A stretch of DNA of 59,341 nt from Silvanigrellaceae bacterium (GTDB lineage: Bacteria; Bdellovibrionota_B; Oligoflexia; Silvanigrellales; Silvanigrellaceae), in the NCBI GenBank assembly GCA_044376655.1, contig JBILKQ010000001.1, positions 1-59,341 on the forward strand. The letters run 5' to 3'. How positions within the stretch are numbered: the first letter of the stretch is position 1; each line of letters opens with the position of its first letter. A program made the position numbers and the translations under genes. Positions 36,103 to 46,085 of this stretch are shown here, piece by piece. The notes beneath the pieces are model-generated. The model worked only from the letters and a program-made list of their open reading frames with translations. It was not told where the DNA came from and did not search any database.

Positions 36103-36501
36103 ATGATCGAAGTCTCCCTTGAGGATGAACGGTTCTTTCTTGAGGACGAAAGTGTCCTCGAAGAGCCGCGAACTCTTGAGCAGTGGGAAAAACTCGCTGG
36201 CACCGACCTCAAATTGAGGATCTGTCAGAGTGCTGACGCCTCGCGCGCGACTGCGCTTGTGCGTGCCCGTCACGCACTTGTGAGTGAGCTTCTTCAGCGC
36301 AACCCTCAATATTCGCATGTGAATGTTTCAATTCCTGCGACTTCTGAGCACGCTCCGCCTGGAGCTGAGGCACTGCGCAGCCAATTGGTTGAATTTGAGG
36401 TTGAGGCTTTGCGTGAGCGCTACATCCCAGAATGGCGGCAGAGCGGTGACATGGCGTACCGGCGTTTTACCACCTACACTGTAACGCGAAAGGACATCTG
36501 A
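36103..36501 (+). CDS. hypothetical acidic protein (132 aa)
   Basis: The portion of the 244-aa ORF downstream of ATG 36103 has protein-like composition. The upstream part is Arg/Cys/Trp-rich and overlaps the bactofilin control region. The start choice is tentative. Confidence 0.45.
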   Translation: MIEVSLEDERFFLEDESVLEEPRTLEQWEKLAGTDLKLRICQSADASRATALVRARHALVSELLQRNPQYSHVNVSIPATSEHAPPGAEALRSQLVEFEVEALRERYIPEWRQSGDMAYRRFTTYTVTRKDI

Positions 36502-36540
36502 GCGTTCCGTCAGGAAGTACTCGGGTGAGAGTGTTTGTCC

Positions 36541-37968
36541 ATGAGTCTAAATCTGCGTCGTAAAAGCACAGCGCGCCAACAGATGTTTGTGCGTCTCTGT
36601 ACAGGGGTTGCCTGCATTAGTGCTGGTTTTATGGTTCAGGCGTTTGAAAACGACCCCAAAACTACCAACGAGAAAGCCTCCGCTGTTAGCGATACGCCGA
36701 ATCAGTCAGAAGAAGATGGTGTTGATCCCAATTCGCAAAATGCCTCCCAAAAAATCGGTGGCAGCTTTCAGAAGCAAGGCTACAAAGATCCGCGCGAGGA
36801 ATTGACCAACGAGCGGCATGCATTCAAAACGCCGTTTGGCCAAATCGTTTGGAAGGATATCGATAAACGCCTGAGCTATCGAGATAAGTTTACTTTCGTC
36901 AATTACAAAGGGCTGACATTGAAGCTCACAATTCAGCCCGAATTGCAGTTGGCTCTTGAAAAGACCCTCGCAGCCCAAAGAAACATCGCCGGTGCGGTTG
37001 TGATTCTGGAGTCGCGTACAGGCCGCATTCTGGCGATGGCTGAATCAAAGGCAAATATACATAGTCCTCTCGTGAATGAGGACTCGATCCTCACCTCCGC
37101 TCGTGCTCCGGCGGCCAGTTTAATGAAGATCGTCACAGCAACTGCGAGCATCGAGAAGATTAATCTCGATCCCGATCAAGAAATTCCTTACCAGGGTGGA
37201 TGTGGAACCCTGCGCAACCGCAATTGGTTGCGGGATGCCCAATCCGATCGGCAACGGATGACGTTTTCTCATGCGTTCGGAATCAGCTGCAACACTGTCT
37301 TTGCTCGACTGGCACTGTATGAAACCGGGTTAGCCTCGTTGCGTCAGTATGCAGAGAAATATCTTTTCAACCGCCCCATTCCAAGTGACATGCGTATCGA
37401 GACAAGTGCAGCTTTGATGCCCGCTCTTGAAATGGCAACAGCGCTTGAGGTTGGTGAGGCGGGAGCAGGTTTCGGTTCTAGTAAAATTTCACCTGTTCAT
37501 GCCGCCATGCTGTCGGCCGCTGCCGGAAACGCAGGAGTCATGATGGCACCCTACTTGGTAGATGCGGCATACGACTCTTCTGGCAAGCAAATCTACACAG
37601 GTTCACCGCTCGAGATTTCTCGTATTTTCACAAAACGCACCGCTGATAAAATGCAAAGATTGATGCAAGAGACTGTTCTTTCCGGCACCAGCCGGCGATA
37701 TTTCCGTCGCAAGGGGACAGCCGGGGACAGGTTCGAGATTGGCGGCAAAACAGGAACCCTTTCGGACGCTGAAGAGCGCGGTACGCTCTACACTTGGTTT
37801 AGTGGAATTGCACCTTTGGAATCACCGCAGAACGTCGCGATTGGGACGCTTGTTGCGAGTCCGAAAAATTGGGTTGTCCGCGCGAGTTCTCTTGCTCAAA
37901 TTAGCTTGGCTCAGTATTTGAAGATTGAGCGTCAAGACCGTGTTAAATTTTATAAAGTTACGCAATAA
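36541..37968 (+). CDS. penicillin-binding protein, monofunctional transpeptidase (short class-B-like)
   Basis: N-terminal TM CTGVACISAGFMV. Active-site triad motifs SLMK (SxxK), SCN (SxN) and KTGT. Confidence 0.8.
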   Translation: MSLNLRRKSTARQQMFVRLCTGVACISAGFMVQAFENDPKTTNEKASAVSDTPNQSEEDGVDPNSQNASQKIGGSFQKQGYKDPREELTNERHAFKTPFGQIVWKDIDKRLSYRDKFTFVNYKGLTLKLTIQPELQLALEKTLAAQRNIAGAVVILESRTGRILAMAESKANIHSPLVNEDSILTSARAPAASLMKIVTATASIEKINLDPDQEIPYQGGCGTLRNRNWLRDAQSDRQRMTFSHAFGISCNTVFARLALYETGLASLRQYAEKYLFNRPIPSDMRIETSAALMPALEMATALEVGEAGAGFGSSKISPVHAAMLSAAAGNAGVMMAPYLVDAAYDSSGKQIYTGSPLEISRIFTKRTADKMQRLMQETVLSGTSRRYFRRKGTAGDRFEIGGKTGTLSDAEERGTLYTWFSGIAPLESPQNVAIGTLVASPKNWVVRASSLAQISLAQYLKIERQDRVKFYKVTQ

Positions 37969-38003
37969 ATCAGACGGCTTTCGCGGCGTCTTCTGGAGAA
38001 TGC

Positions 38004-40958
38004 ATGGCCGGTCTCTCGTTCATTGATATCGTTTTTCCGCAGTTCAGCGGAAATTACTGGCAAGGTGGAGTGTCGTTGTTCCGCTCCGGCAGTGTCGGTA
38101 AGTTGTCGTTCTATGGCGAGCTGGTGAGTGCCCGTGTCCGTGCTGGAATTGGTGAAAATTACGATGTTCGTTTGAAGCTGCATTCCCAGGGCAAAGGGGT
38201 GCAGTGGATGGAATGCACCTGTCAGGCAAACCGCCGTAAGGGCGAGAAGTGTTCCCACATCGCCGCGCTGTGTCTCGTTCTAGACCAAGAAAATGCTCAG
38301 ATTCTTGAGAGGTTCGGCTTGTCAGGGCACGGCGCAGACAAGCACCTCTTCAAAAAAGAATCGACTTTTGAAAATGTTCTTCTCGGTGACTCTCAGGGTT
38401 CAGCTGCGGATGCTGCCGGAGCCGCTTCCAAAGCCGGTGCAGATGCATCGCGTGGTCTGGGAATCATATTGACCGAAGGTAAAGCCAAGATTGTCGACTC
38501 CGTTTGGAATGAAGATGAATTTGCCCTTCAGCTAACGGTTGACTATGGTCCAAAGAAGATGCTGACCTACTCGCTCGGAATCGATGATGCCCTCAGAATT
38601 TTGAACTCTTCTGAAGTCAAAGGGCAAATCCCCAAAAAAACTCTTGCAATCATCAACAACACTCTTATTGCCGAACGTTTTTTTGAATGCAGAAAACATG
38701 GTACTTCGGCTATTCAGATTGTTCGTTTGGTCGTTGTCCGTGACTCCATCGGCCGGATCAGAAAAACCATTGAGCTGGATTCGGCGCCTCTGCGCAGTAT
38801 TGGCCGACTTGGAGTTTATGTTCCGAAGTCAGGAATCATTTCGTACCAGGACAAGATGAATCCTGCACAGGTCGCTCGCTGGGATGAGTACCCGCGCGTT
38901 GCGATGCTCGACAGCGATACCGCTGCTCTACTCATCGAAACAAATTTTGAAAGATTGCGCGAAACTGCGCAGGTCAAAGTGGCCCCGGAGCTTGCTAAGG
39001 TCAAAGTCTTCTCGAAGTTCACCATCCCGGAACTCAAACTGAAGTCGACCCAGGATGGCGGCTTTTTTGTGGAGCCTACTTTCCGCGGAATGTTGGGTGA
39101 AGCTCCAGAAAAGAAGGAGGCGGAATCTGAAGCCTCCGTCCAGTTGTCTGTTGATCTGCCCACCGATCCGATGTTCCCAGCAGGTTTTTCACACTCGAAC
39201 CTGCTTGTTTCAATTCTCAAAGCGCGTGCAGAGGGGCGTAAGTTCCTCAGCACCAAGCAGGGTTGGTTGCGTCTTCCAGAGGAACTCGACTGGCTTGCTC
39301 AACGGGTTCAAGCCGATGGGAAAATCAAGCTCAGCACTCTTGAGCTCATTAAATTCCGAGAGCAGTTCGCATCGGAGAGTGAGATCGTAGGAACGGGAGA
39401 CGTCATTGCCCGTCTGCGTTCTGGTTTGTTGGGAATGAAGGATCTTGATTTGCCAAGTCTGCGTTCTACCCATCTGACGCTGAGACCTTATCAGCAGGAT
39501 GGGTTCAAGTGGCTCTGGTGGCTTTATTCCAATGGCCTTGGCGGACTCTTGGCGGATGAAATGGGCTTGGGAAAAACCCACCAGACTATGGCTTTGTTGG
39601 CAGCAGTTGCTGAGCGAGAGCCGCGCAAGATAAGTCTTGTGGTCTGTCCGACCAGTGTTATCGATCACTGGCTCGATAAATTGAAGCAATTCGTACCGAG
39701 CGTGCGTGTTCTTTGTTATCACGGCACGCAGCGCAAGCAGGAGTCGCTCAAGCGACCTTCACAGCATGTTATTCTTGTTACTAGTTACGGAATTTTGCTG
39801 CGTGATTATGAGTTCCTGATGCGTTGCCCAACCGAATTGGTTATCCTCGATGAAGCTCACTTGGTGAAGAATCAGTCGACGCGAACCTATCGGGCAGCTG
39901 TGCGTTTGGGTAGCCGGATGCGCCTCTGCTTGACGGGTACTCCACTGGAAAACGATTTGCTCGAGCTCAAAAATCTTTTCGACTATATCGCCCCGAACTA
40001 TCTCGGAACGGACTCAGAGTTCAAGAAGAAATACATGTCCGATCGCCGCTCGAGTGCGCTTGCGGATCTTGAGCTGCAAAGGCTCATTCATCCCTTCAAA
40101 TTGCGCAGGAACAAACGTGATGTATTGACTGACCTACCTGATAAAGTCGAGGACATCCGCCACTGCAATCTCAACAAACGCCAAGTGGAACTCTACAATG
40201 AAGCCCTCGCATTGAAGGGGCGTGAACTTGTCGAGGCCCTCGAGAGTGACCAGGCACCCATTCCTTATGTGCACATCTTTTCGGTTATCTCCTTTCTCAA
40301 ACAGATCTGTAACGATCCGGCGCTTCTCGATCCGCGATATGAAGGAGTGGGTAGCGGTAAGCTCGAACTTTTTGAGGAAATTTTGAGCGAGGCTCTGGCG
40401 AGCGATCAAAAGGTCGTGGTGTTTTCTCAGTATGCCAAAATGATCAACCGCCTCAGCGAGAGGTTGACCCAGCGGGGGGTTAGGCACGTATCTCTCACGG
40501 GTCAAAGCACCCAGCGCGGACAGCTGGTCAAACAGTTTCAGGAAGACAATGAGATCAAGGTGTTTCTCGGTTCCCTCCTGGCGGGTGGAACAGGTATCGA
40601 CCTGACGGCAGCGAGCGTGGTGATTCACTATGACCGATGGTGGAATGCGGCCAAGGAAAATCAGGCGACCGACCGTATTCACCGCATCGGTCAACAAAAG
40701 AACGTCCAGGTCTACAAACTGGTGACAAAAGGTACCCTGGAAGAGCGCATCGACGAGATCATCAACCGTAAAAAGCTGATATTCGAGCGCTTTGTTGAGG
40801 AAGATGCTGAAATCTTCAAGAATCTTTCGCGCGAAGATCTGCTTAAACTTCTTGCACCTGCGAATGAGGGCGATGCCATCGACAGCAGTGAGGAGGCAGA
40901 GCCCCCATCGGTGGATGCACTCGTCCACGAAGGCGTAATTGAGTCGCATCAAATCTAA
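38004..40958 (+). CDS. SNF2-family helicase/ATPase with an N-terminal SWIM zinc finger
   Basis: SWIM CTCQANRRKGEKCSHIAALC. SNF2 motifs LADEMGLGKT (I), DEAHLVKN (II), TGTPLEN (III) and QATDRIHRIGQ (VI). GGAG SD 6 nt upstream of ATG 38004. Confidence 0.88.
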   Translation: MAGLSFIDIVFPQFSGNYWQGGVSLFRSGSVGKLSFYGELVSARVRAGIGENYDVRLKLHSQGKGVQWMECTCQANRRKGEKCSHIAALCLVLDQENAQILERFGLSGHGADKHLFKKESTFENVLLGDSQGSAADAAGAASKAGADASRGLGIILTEGKAKIVDSVWNEDEFALQLTVDYGPKKMLTYSLGIDDALRILNSSEVKGQIPKKTLAIINNTLIAERFFECRKHGTSAIQIVRLVVVRDSIGRIRKTIELDSAPLRSIGRLGVYVPKSGIISYQDKMNPAQVARWDEYPRVAMLDSDTAALLIETNFERLRETAQVKVAPELAKVKVFSKFTIPELKLKSTQDGGFFVEPTFRGMLGEAPEKKEAESEASVQLSVDLPTDPMFPAGFSHSNLLVSILKARAEGRKFLSTKQGWLRLPEELDWLAQRVQADGKIKLSTLELIKFREQFASESEIVGTGDVIARLRSGLLGMKDLDLPSLRSTHLTLRPYQQDGFKWLWWLYSNGLGGLLADEMGLGKTHQTMALLAAVAEREPRKISLVVCPTSVIDHWLDKLKQFVPSVRVLCYHGTQRKQESLKRPSQHVILVTSYGILLRDYEFLMRCPTELVILDEAHLVKNQSTRTYRAAVRLGSRMRLCLTGTPLENDLLELKNLFDYIAPNYLGTDSEFKKKYMSDRRSSALADLELQRLIHPFKLRRNKRDVLTDLPDKVEDIRHCNLNKRQVELYNEALALKGRELVEALESDQAPIPYVHIFSVISFLKQICNDPALLDPRYEGVGSGKLELFEEILSEALASDQKVVVFSQYAKMINRLSERLTQRGVRHVSLTGQSTQRGQLVKQFQEDNEIKVFLGSLLAGGTGIDLTAASVVIHYDRWWNAAKENQATDRIHRIGQQKNVQVYKLVTKGTLEERIDEIINRKKLIFERFVEEDAEIFKNLSREDLLKLLAPANEGDAIDSSEEAEPPSVDALVHEGVIESHQI

Positions 40959-41049
40959 GTTTTGGCCCACCTGATCTCTTGCTGAATGGCCGGCTCGGGG
41001 TTAAAACCAGCCGTCTTTGAAAAATTCAGAGTTCCGAGAGGTCATCACA

Positions 41050-41607
41050 ATGAGCGTCAATCCCTGGCATCCGTGGCATTCTGTTGCTGTCGGTAAGAAG
41101 GCTCCATCTATTGTTCACGCTATCATCGAAATCCCCCGCGGATCCAAAAGCAAGTACGAAATCGACAAAGATTCCGGCATGCTTCTTATGGATCGCGTGA
41201 TGTCGAGTTCGGTGGTTTATCCGACCAACTATGGCTTTATTCCGCAAACTTATTGCGATGACGGTGACGCTCTCGATATTCTCGTGCTTGGCCAGGATCC
41301 AGCAGTGCCGCTGTGCATCATGAACGCACGCGTTGTGGGCTGCCTCAAAGTGATCGACGGCGGCGAAGAAGATGACAAGGTTATCGCGGTGCACGCCGAT
41401 GATCCCCAATACAAGCACATCACCGAACTGTCCGAAGTCAATCCACACGTCATCAGAGAAATTGAACAGTTTTTCCGCTCCTACAAGGCGCTTGAGAAGA
41501 AAGTGGTGGAAGTGGGAGCCTGGTTGCCACGCGCTGAGGCCGAGAAAGTGGTTGAGAAAGCGTGTGAGTTTTACAAGTCCAACTTGAACAAGTTGGTTGG
41601 TAAATAA
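41050..41607 (+). CDS. ppa: inorganic pyrophosphatase (family I)
   Basis: IIEIPRGSKSKYEIDK, YPTNYGFIPQT, DGDALDILVL. GAGAGG SD before ATG 41050. Confidence 0.92.
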   Translation: MSVNPWHPWHSVAVGKKAPSIVHAIIEIPRGSKSKYEIDKDSGMLLMDRVMSSSVVYPTNYGFIPQTYCDDGDALDILVLGQDPAVPLCIMNARVVGCLKVIDGGEEDDKVIAVHADDPQYKHITELSEVNPHVIREIEQFFRSYKALEKKVVEVGAWLPRAEAEKVVEKACEFYKSNLNKLVGK

Positions 41608-41620
41608 AAAGGGGAAAATT

Positions 41621-42742
41621 GTGGTTTCTCAGAACCTGAAACGTACGCCTCTCAATGCGGAGCACCGTCGTCTTGGTGCGCGTATGGTCGACTTCGGTGG
41701 TTGGGACATGCCTGTCCAGTACTCGGGAGTCATCGACGAACACAAAGTCGTACGCTCTTCCGTTGGTCTGTTCGATGTGAGCCACATGGGAGAGTTGATG
41801 GTTTCGGGTCGTGGAGCCAATGAGTTCCTCCAGCGTATGACCACCAACGACATCACCAAGATTGCTATTGGCCAGGCGCAGTACTCTGCACTGTGTAAGG
41901 AAGATGGTGGTGTCATCGACGACATCATCGTTTATCGCCGTGGCATCGACAGCTTTCTTGTCTGTGTGAATGCATCCAACACAGAGAAAGACGAACAATG
42001 GTTGCGAGAACACCTTCCTGCATCAGGTGTGGTTCTCGAGAATCAATCCGACGCCTATGCGCAGATTGCGGTTCAAGGCCCGAAGGCGCGCGAACTTGTG
42101 CAGCAGGTCGTTGACATCAATATCTCGAATCTCAAGTATTACTGGTTTTCCGAGGGTAAGGTGCTCGGTCAACCATCGATCATTGCGCGCACAGGTTACA
42201 CTGGTGAACTTGGTTTCGAACTCTATGTGCCTGCAGAAGCTTCGCCGCGTATTTGGTCTGCGCTGGTTGAGTCGGCCACGAAATTCGGTGGAAAGCCTTG
42301 CGGTCTTGGAGCGCGCGATACCCTTCGACTCGAGATGGGATATCTTCTCTACGGCAACGACATGGATGAGAGTATCAATGCACTCGAATGCGGCCTGGGC
42401 TGGGTGACCAAATTGGCCAAAGGCGAATTCATGGGCTCCAAGGCTCTGGCACTGCAAAAAGAGCGCGGTGTTTCGAAGCAGATGGTCGGCATTCAGATGC
42501 TCGACAAAGCCATCGCACGTCATGGCTACAAGATTTTCTCGCATGCCGAGGGCGGGCGTGAGCTTGGATGGGTAACGAGTGGTACGGTCGCTCCGTCCTT
42601 GAATCTCAATGTCGGTATGGCTTATTTGCCTCCGGAATTTGCCGGCATCGGTCAAGACATCTTTGTTGAAATCCGGGGTGAACGCAAACTGGCCCGGGTT
42701 TGCAAGAAACCTTTTTACAACAACGGAACAGCACAACTCTAA
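41621..42742 (+). CDS. gcvT: glycine cleavage system aminomethyltransferase T
   Basis: KRTPLNAEHRRLGARMVDFGGWDMPVQY, GLFDVSHMGEL, ARTGYTGELGFELY, RDTLRLEMGY. GTG 41621 lies 13 nt after the ppa stop with an AAAGGGGA SD. Confidence 0.92.
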   Translation: MVSQNLKRTPLNAEHRRLGARMVDFGGWDMPVQYSGVIDEHKVVRSSVGLFDVSHMGELMVSGRGANEFLQRMTTNDITKIAIGQAQYSALCKEDGGVIDDIIVYRRGIDSFLVCVNASNTEKDEQWLREHLPASGVVLENQSDAYAQIAVQGPKARELVQQVVDINISNLKYYWFSEGKVLGQPSIIARTGYTGELGFELYVPAEASPRIWSALVESATKFGGKPCGLGARDTLRLEMGYLLYGNDMDESINALECGLGWVTKLAKGEFMGSKALALQKERGVSKQMVGIQMLDKAIARHGYKIFSHAEGGRELGWVTSGTVAPSLNLNVGMAYLPPEFAGIGQDIFVEIRGERKLARVCKKPFYNNGTAQL

Positions 42743-42760
42743 AAATCAGGAGCCTGTCTC

Positions 42761-43150
42761 ATGAGCAATTATCCAAACAATCTTCAGTACACAAAAGAGC
42801 ATGAGTGGATCCTCATCGAGGGCAACACCGGAACTGTTGGAATCACCGCTTTTGCGATTGAGCAGCTTGGTGATGTAGTGCATTTGGATCTTCCAAAAGC
42901 TGGCAGCAAATTCAAAGCAGGCGAATCGTTTGGAACGATTGAATCCACCAAGACAGTTTCTGACCTGTACATGCCGGTTGCAGGAATCATCACGGAAGTG
43001 AACACAGCCCTAACCTCGGCTCCAGAAGAGATCGCCAACGATCCACACAGCAAGAACTGGCTCGTGAAGATGACGCTCGAAGGAGCGCCCGCGAATCTGA
43101 TGACGGCCGAGCAATACACCAAGTACATCGCAGACGCTGCGAATCACTGA
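42761..43150 (+). CDS. gcvH: glycine cleavage system protein H
   Basis: YTKEHEWI, GITAFAIEQLGDVVHLDLP and the lipoyl-lysine block GTIESTKTVSDLYMPVAG. Confidence 0.92.
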   Translation: MSNYPNNLQYTKEHEWILIEGNTGTVGITAFAIEQLGDVVHLDLPKAGSKFKAGESFGTIESTKTVSDLYMPVAGIITEVNTALTSAPEEIANDPHSKNWLVKMTLEGAPANLMTAEQYTKYIADAANH

Positions 43151-43158
43151 GAGTAGAC

Positions 43159-43179
43159 AGGGGCGTCGATGACGCCCCT
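43159..43179 (+). terminator. intra-operon hairpin (possible attenuator) between gcvH and gcvPA
   Basis: 9-bp stem AGGGGCGTC-GAT-GACGCCCCT followed by TCTGATTTCT. The T tract is interrupted, so at most a partial terminator. Confidence 0.35.
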
Positions 43180-43214
43180 TCTGATTTCTATCAACTACAG
43201 ACGAGAGTGCGATC

Positions 43215-44576
43215 ATGACCGTTCAACATCGTTTTCTCCCGACCACTTCAACAGACCGAGCAGAGCTCCTCAAAGCCTGTGGTGTAAATTCTGTTGAGGA
43301 GCTGCTTAAGGGAATTCCCGACAACGTTCGTTTTAAGGGTGAGCTTCCCAGCGGGCCTGCGCAGTCCGAATTGGAAATTCGCCGCAGAATCAGAACCCTC
43401 ATGAAAGATGGTCGCTACGCAAAAAATGCGTTGAGCTTTATTGGAGCGGGAATATACGACCACATGTGTCCTGCCGCTGTGAACCAACTGACATTGCGTG
43501 GTGAGTTCCTGACTTCTTACACGCCTTATCAGCCGGAAATGTCACAGGGTACGCTGCAGGCTCTGTTTGAATTCCAAACCATGGTTGCAGAGCTCTTCGG
43601 GATGGAAGTGTCCAATGCATCGCACTACGATGGTTCGACATCGCTGGCCGAGGCCGCGCTTATGGCCATGCGCATCAATAAAAACAAAAACCGTCTCCTC
43701 GTCTCGTCATCAGTGCACCCAGAATACATTCAGGTTCTGAGAACATACCTCGCCAATCTAGGTGTCGAACTGGCTTTTGTTCCGCTTGAGGGTGGTGTCA
43801 CATCACTCAATGCCCTCAAGAGTTTGCTGAGCGACGACGTGATGGGCGTGATTGTCCAGAGTCCAAACTTTTATGGCTGTGTTGAGGATCTTGAGCCTTT
43901 GGCTGCAGCAGCCAAGGCAAAGGATGCACTCTTTATCGTCAGTACGCCCGAAACACTCAGCCTCGCAGTGCTGCCTTCACCTGGCGATTGCGGTGCCGAT
44001 ATCGCCACCGGAGAGGGCCAGAGCTTTGGTGTTCCACAAAGTTTCGGTGGGCCTTTTGTCGGACTGTTCACATCAAAAATGGAGTATGTTCGGCAAATGC
44101 CAGGTCGTTTGTGCGGCGAGACCGTTGATGCTCAGGGCCGTCGCTCCTACACCCTCACGCTCTCTACACGCGAGCAGCATATTCGCCGCGACAAGGCGAC
44201 TTCAAACATCTGCACGAACCAGAATCTGATCGCCCTTTGGGCAACGATCTGGCTAACCATGATGGGCAAGGAAGGTTTCCATGAGCTCGCTGTTCAGAAT
44301 CTTTCCAAGGCTGAATATGCCAAGGATATTTTGCTTAAAACCGGAAAGGCTAAGTTGCGCTATCCAACGCAAAGCACGTTCAACGAATTCGTGCTCGAGC
44401 TGAGAGGTTCTGCAAGCGACTTTGCTCAAAAAGCTGCTGCCCAAGGTGTTGCGCCAGGCGTTGCTCTCAGTCGCTTCGATGCAAACGACACAACCGGTTT
44501 GCTTGTGTGCGTTACTGAGAAGAAATCACGCGACGACATTGATCACCTCGCACAACTTCTGCGCGATTTGGCCTGA
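43215..44576 (+). CDS. gcvPA: glycine dehydrogenase (decarboxylating) subunit 1
   Basis: FLGAGIYDH-type block (FIGAGIYDHMCPAAV), YTPYQPEMSQGTLQALFEFQT, and its position before gcvPB. Confidence 0.92.
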   Translation: MTVQHRFLPTTSTDRAELLKACGVNSVEELLKGIPDNVRFKGELPSGPAQSELEIRRRIRTLMKDGRYAKNALSFIGAGIYDHMCPAAVNQLTLRGEFLTSYTPYQPEMSQGTLQALFEFQTMVAELFGMEVSNASHYDGSTSLAEAALMAMRINKNKNRLLVSSSVHPEYIQVLRTYLANLGVELAFVPLEGGVTSLNALKSLLSDDVMGVIVQSPNFYGCVEDLEPLAAAAKAKDALFIVSTPETLSLAVLPSPGDCGADIATGEGQSFGVPQSFGGPFVGLFTSKMEYVRQMPGRLCGETVDAQGRRSYTLTLSTREQHIRRDKATSNICTNQNLIALWATIWLTMMGKEGFHELAVQNLSKAEYAKDILLKTGKAKLRYPTQSTFNEFVLELRGSASDFAQKAAAQGVAPGVALSRFDANDTTGLLVCVTEKKSRDDIDHLAQLLRDLA

Positions 44577-44587
44577 GGAGATTCATC

Positions 44588-46057
44588 ATGGATTTTTTGA
44601 AGAAAAGTACAGGTCATGCCGTGGTTCTTGAGGAACCACCGAGCTTCGAAACCTCACGTCCGGGTGCTTTGGCTGCTGACCTTCCGGCACTCGATGTTCC
44701 ACGCGTTGAGCCAAAGTCAGTGTTTAAAAAAGTGCGCGCACGCAAGGCGCGCTTGCCCGAGCTGAGCGAGCCCGAGGTTGTTCGACACTTCACACGTATG
44801 TCGACCTGGAACTATGCCATCGATCTTGGCATCTACCCTCTCGGCTCCTGCACGATGAAATATAACCCACGCCTCAATGAGGAGATCGCACGTAGCGGTG
44901 AACTTTCAGAAGCGCATCCATACGATCCCATTGAGTGGTCACAAGGGCATCTGCGTGTCATGTGGGAGCTCACTGAAGACCTTAAAGGCGTAACCGGCAT
45001 GCCGGGCGTTTCGCTTCAACCCGCTGCAGGCGCACACGGTGAGCTGACGGGGCTTATGCTTGTCTCTGCCTACCACAAATCAAAAGGCCGTCAGCGCAAA
45101 ACAATTTTGACAGCGGACACTGCGCATGGAACCAACCCTGCTTCTGCGGCGTTGGCCGGTTTTCAAATTGTGCAGATTGCAACAGGTGAAGATGGAGTTA
45201 TCCATCCAGAAGCGTTGGCTGCCGTGCTCAATGACGATGTCGCTGCGCTCATGACGACCAACCCAAACACGCTCGGGATCTTCGAGAAGAACATCCAGAC
45301 GATTGCAAACATGCTGCATGAAAAAGACGCCTTGTTGTATATCGACGGCGCGAACTTGAATGCGGTTTTGGGATTGAGCCGTCCGGGCGACTTTGGAGCC
45401 GACGTCATTCAATTCAACCTGCACAAAACTTTCTCAACACCTCATGGTGGCGGTGGACCAGGCTCGGGTCCTATCGCTGTTTCCGAGAAGCTCGTTCCAT
45501 TTTTGCCTGTACCACGTTTGGAAAAGCAGGGTGAAGAGATCGTTCTCGTTGACACTGCACCGCAGTCGATCGGTCGTGTGAAGGCATTTTTTGGAAACTA
45601 CGGCATGTTCATTCGCGCGTGGTGCTATATCCGAGCATTGGGCGGGGAAGGTCTGCGTGCCGTTTCCGAGAATGCGATCATCAACGCCAACTACATGCGC
45701 TCGCAGCTCAAAGATGTTTTGTACATGCCCATCAATGCACCTACGCTTCATGAAGTGGTGTTCAATGATCGTAATCAACGCGATCTAAACCTCGACACCA
45801 CCAAAATGGCCAAGCGTCTTATCGACTACGGAATGCATCCGATGACCGTGCACTTCCCTTTGTGTGTGAAGAGCGCCATCATGATCGAGCCCACCGAAAC
45901 TGAGAGCCGCTCTGAAATGGATCGCTTCGTCAATGCGCTCAAAGAGATCATCCGCACCCCTCATGTTGAGCAAGCACCTACAAGGGTATTCCGAGAGCGT
46001 GTTGATGAAACTAAGGCAGCGCGCGAGCTCCGCTTGACCTACAAATTCAAAGATTGA
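44588..46057 (+). CDS. gcvPB: glycine dehydrogenase (decarboxylating) subunit 2
   Basis: LGSCTMKYNP, QPAAGAHGE, and the PLP-lysine region NLHKTFSTPHGGGGPG. Confidence 0.92.
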   Translation: MDFLKKSTGHAVVLEEPPSFETSRPGALAADLPALDVPRVEPKSVFKKVRARKARLPELSEPEVVRHFTRMSTWNYAIDLGIYPLGSCTMKYNPRLNEEIARSGELSEAHPYDPIEWSQGHLRVMWELTEDLKGVTGMPGVSLQPAAGAHGELTGLMLVSAYHKSKGRQRKTILTADTAHGTNPASAALAGFQIVQIATGEDGVIHPEALAAVLNDDVAALMTTNPNTLGIFEKNIQTIANMLHEKDALLYIDGANLNAVLGLSRPGDFGADVIQFNLHKTFSTPHGGGGPGSGPIAVSEKLVPFLPVPRLEKQGEEIVLVDTAPQSIGRVKAFFGNYGMFIRAWCYIRALGGEGLRAVSENAIINANYMRSQLKDVLYMPINAPTLHEVVFNDRNQRDLNLDTTKMAKRLIDYGMHPMTVHFPLCVKSAIMIEPTETESRSEMDRFVNALKEIIRTPHVEQAPTRVFRERVDETKAARELRLTYKFKD

Positions 46058-46085
46058 GCCTGAACAGGATCGGTTGTTGAAAACA

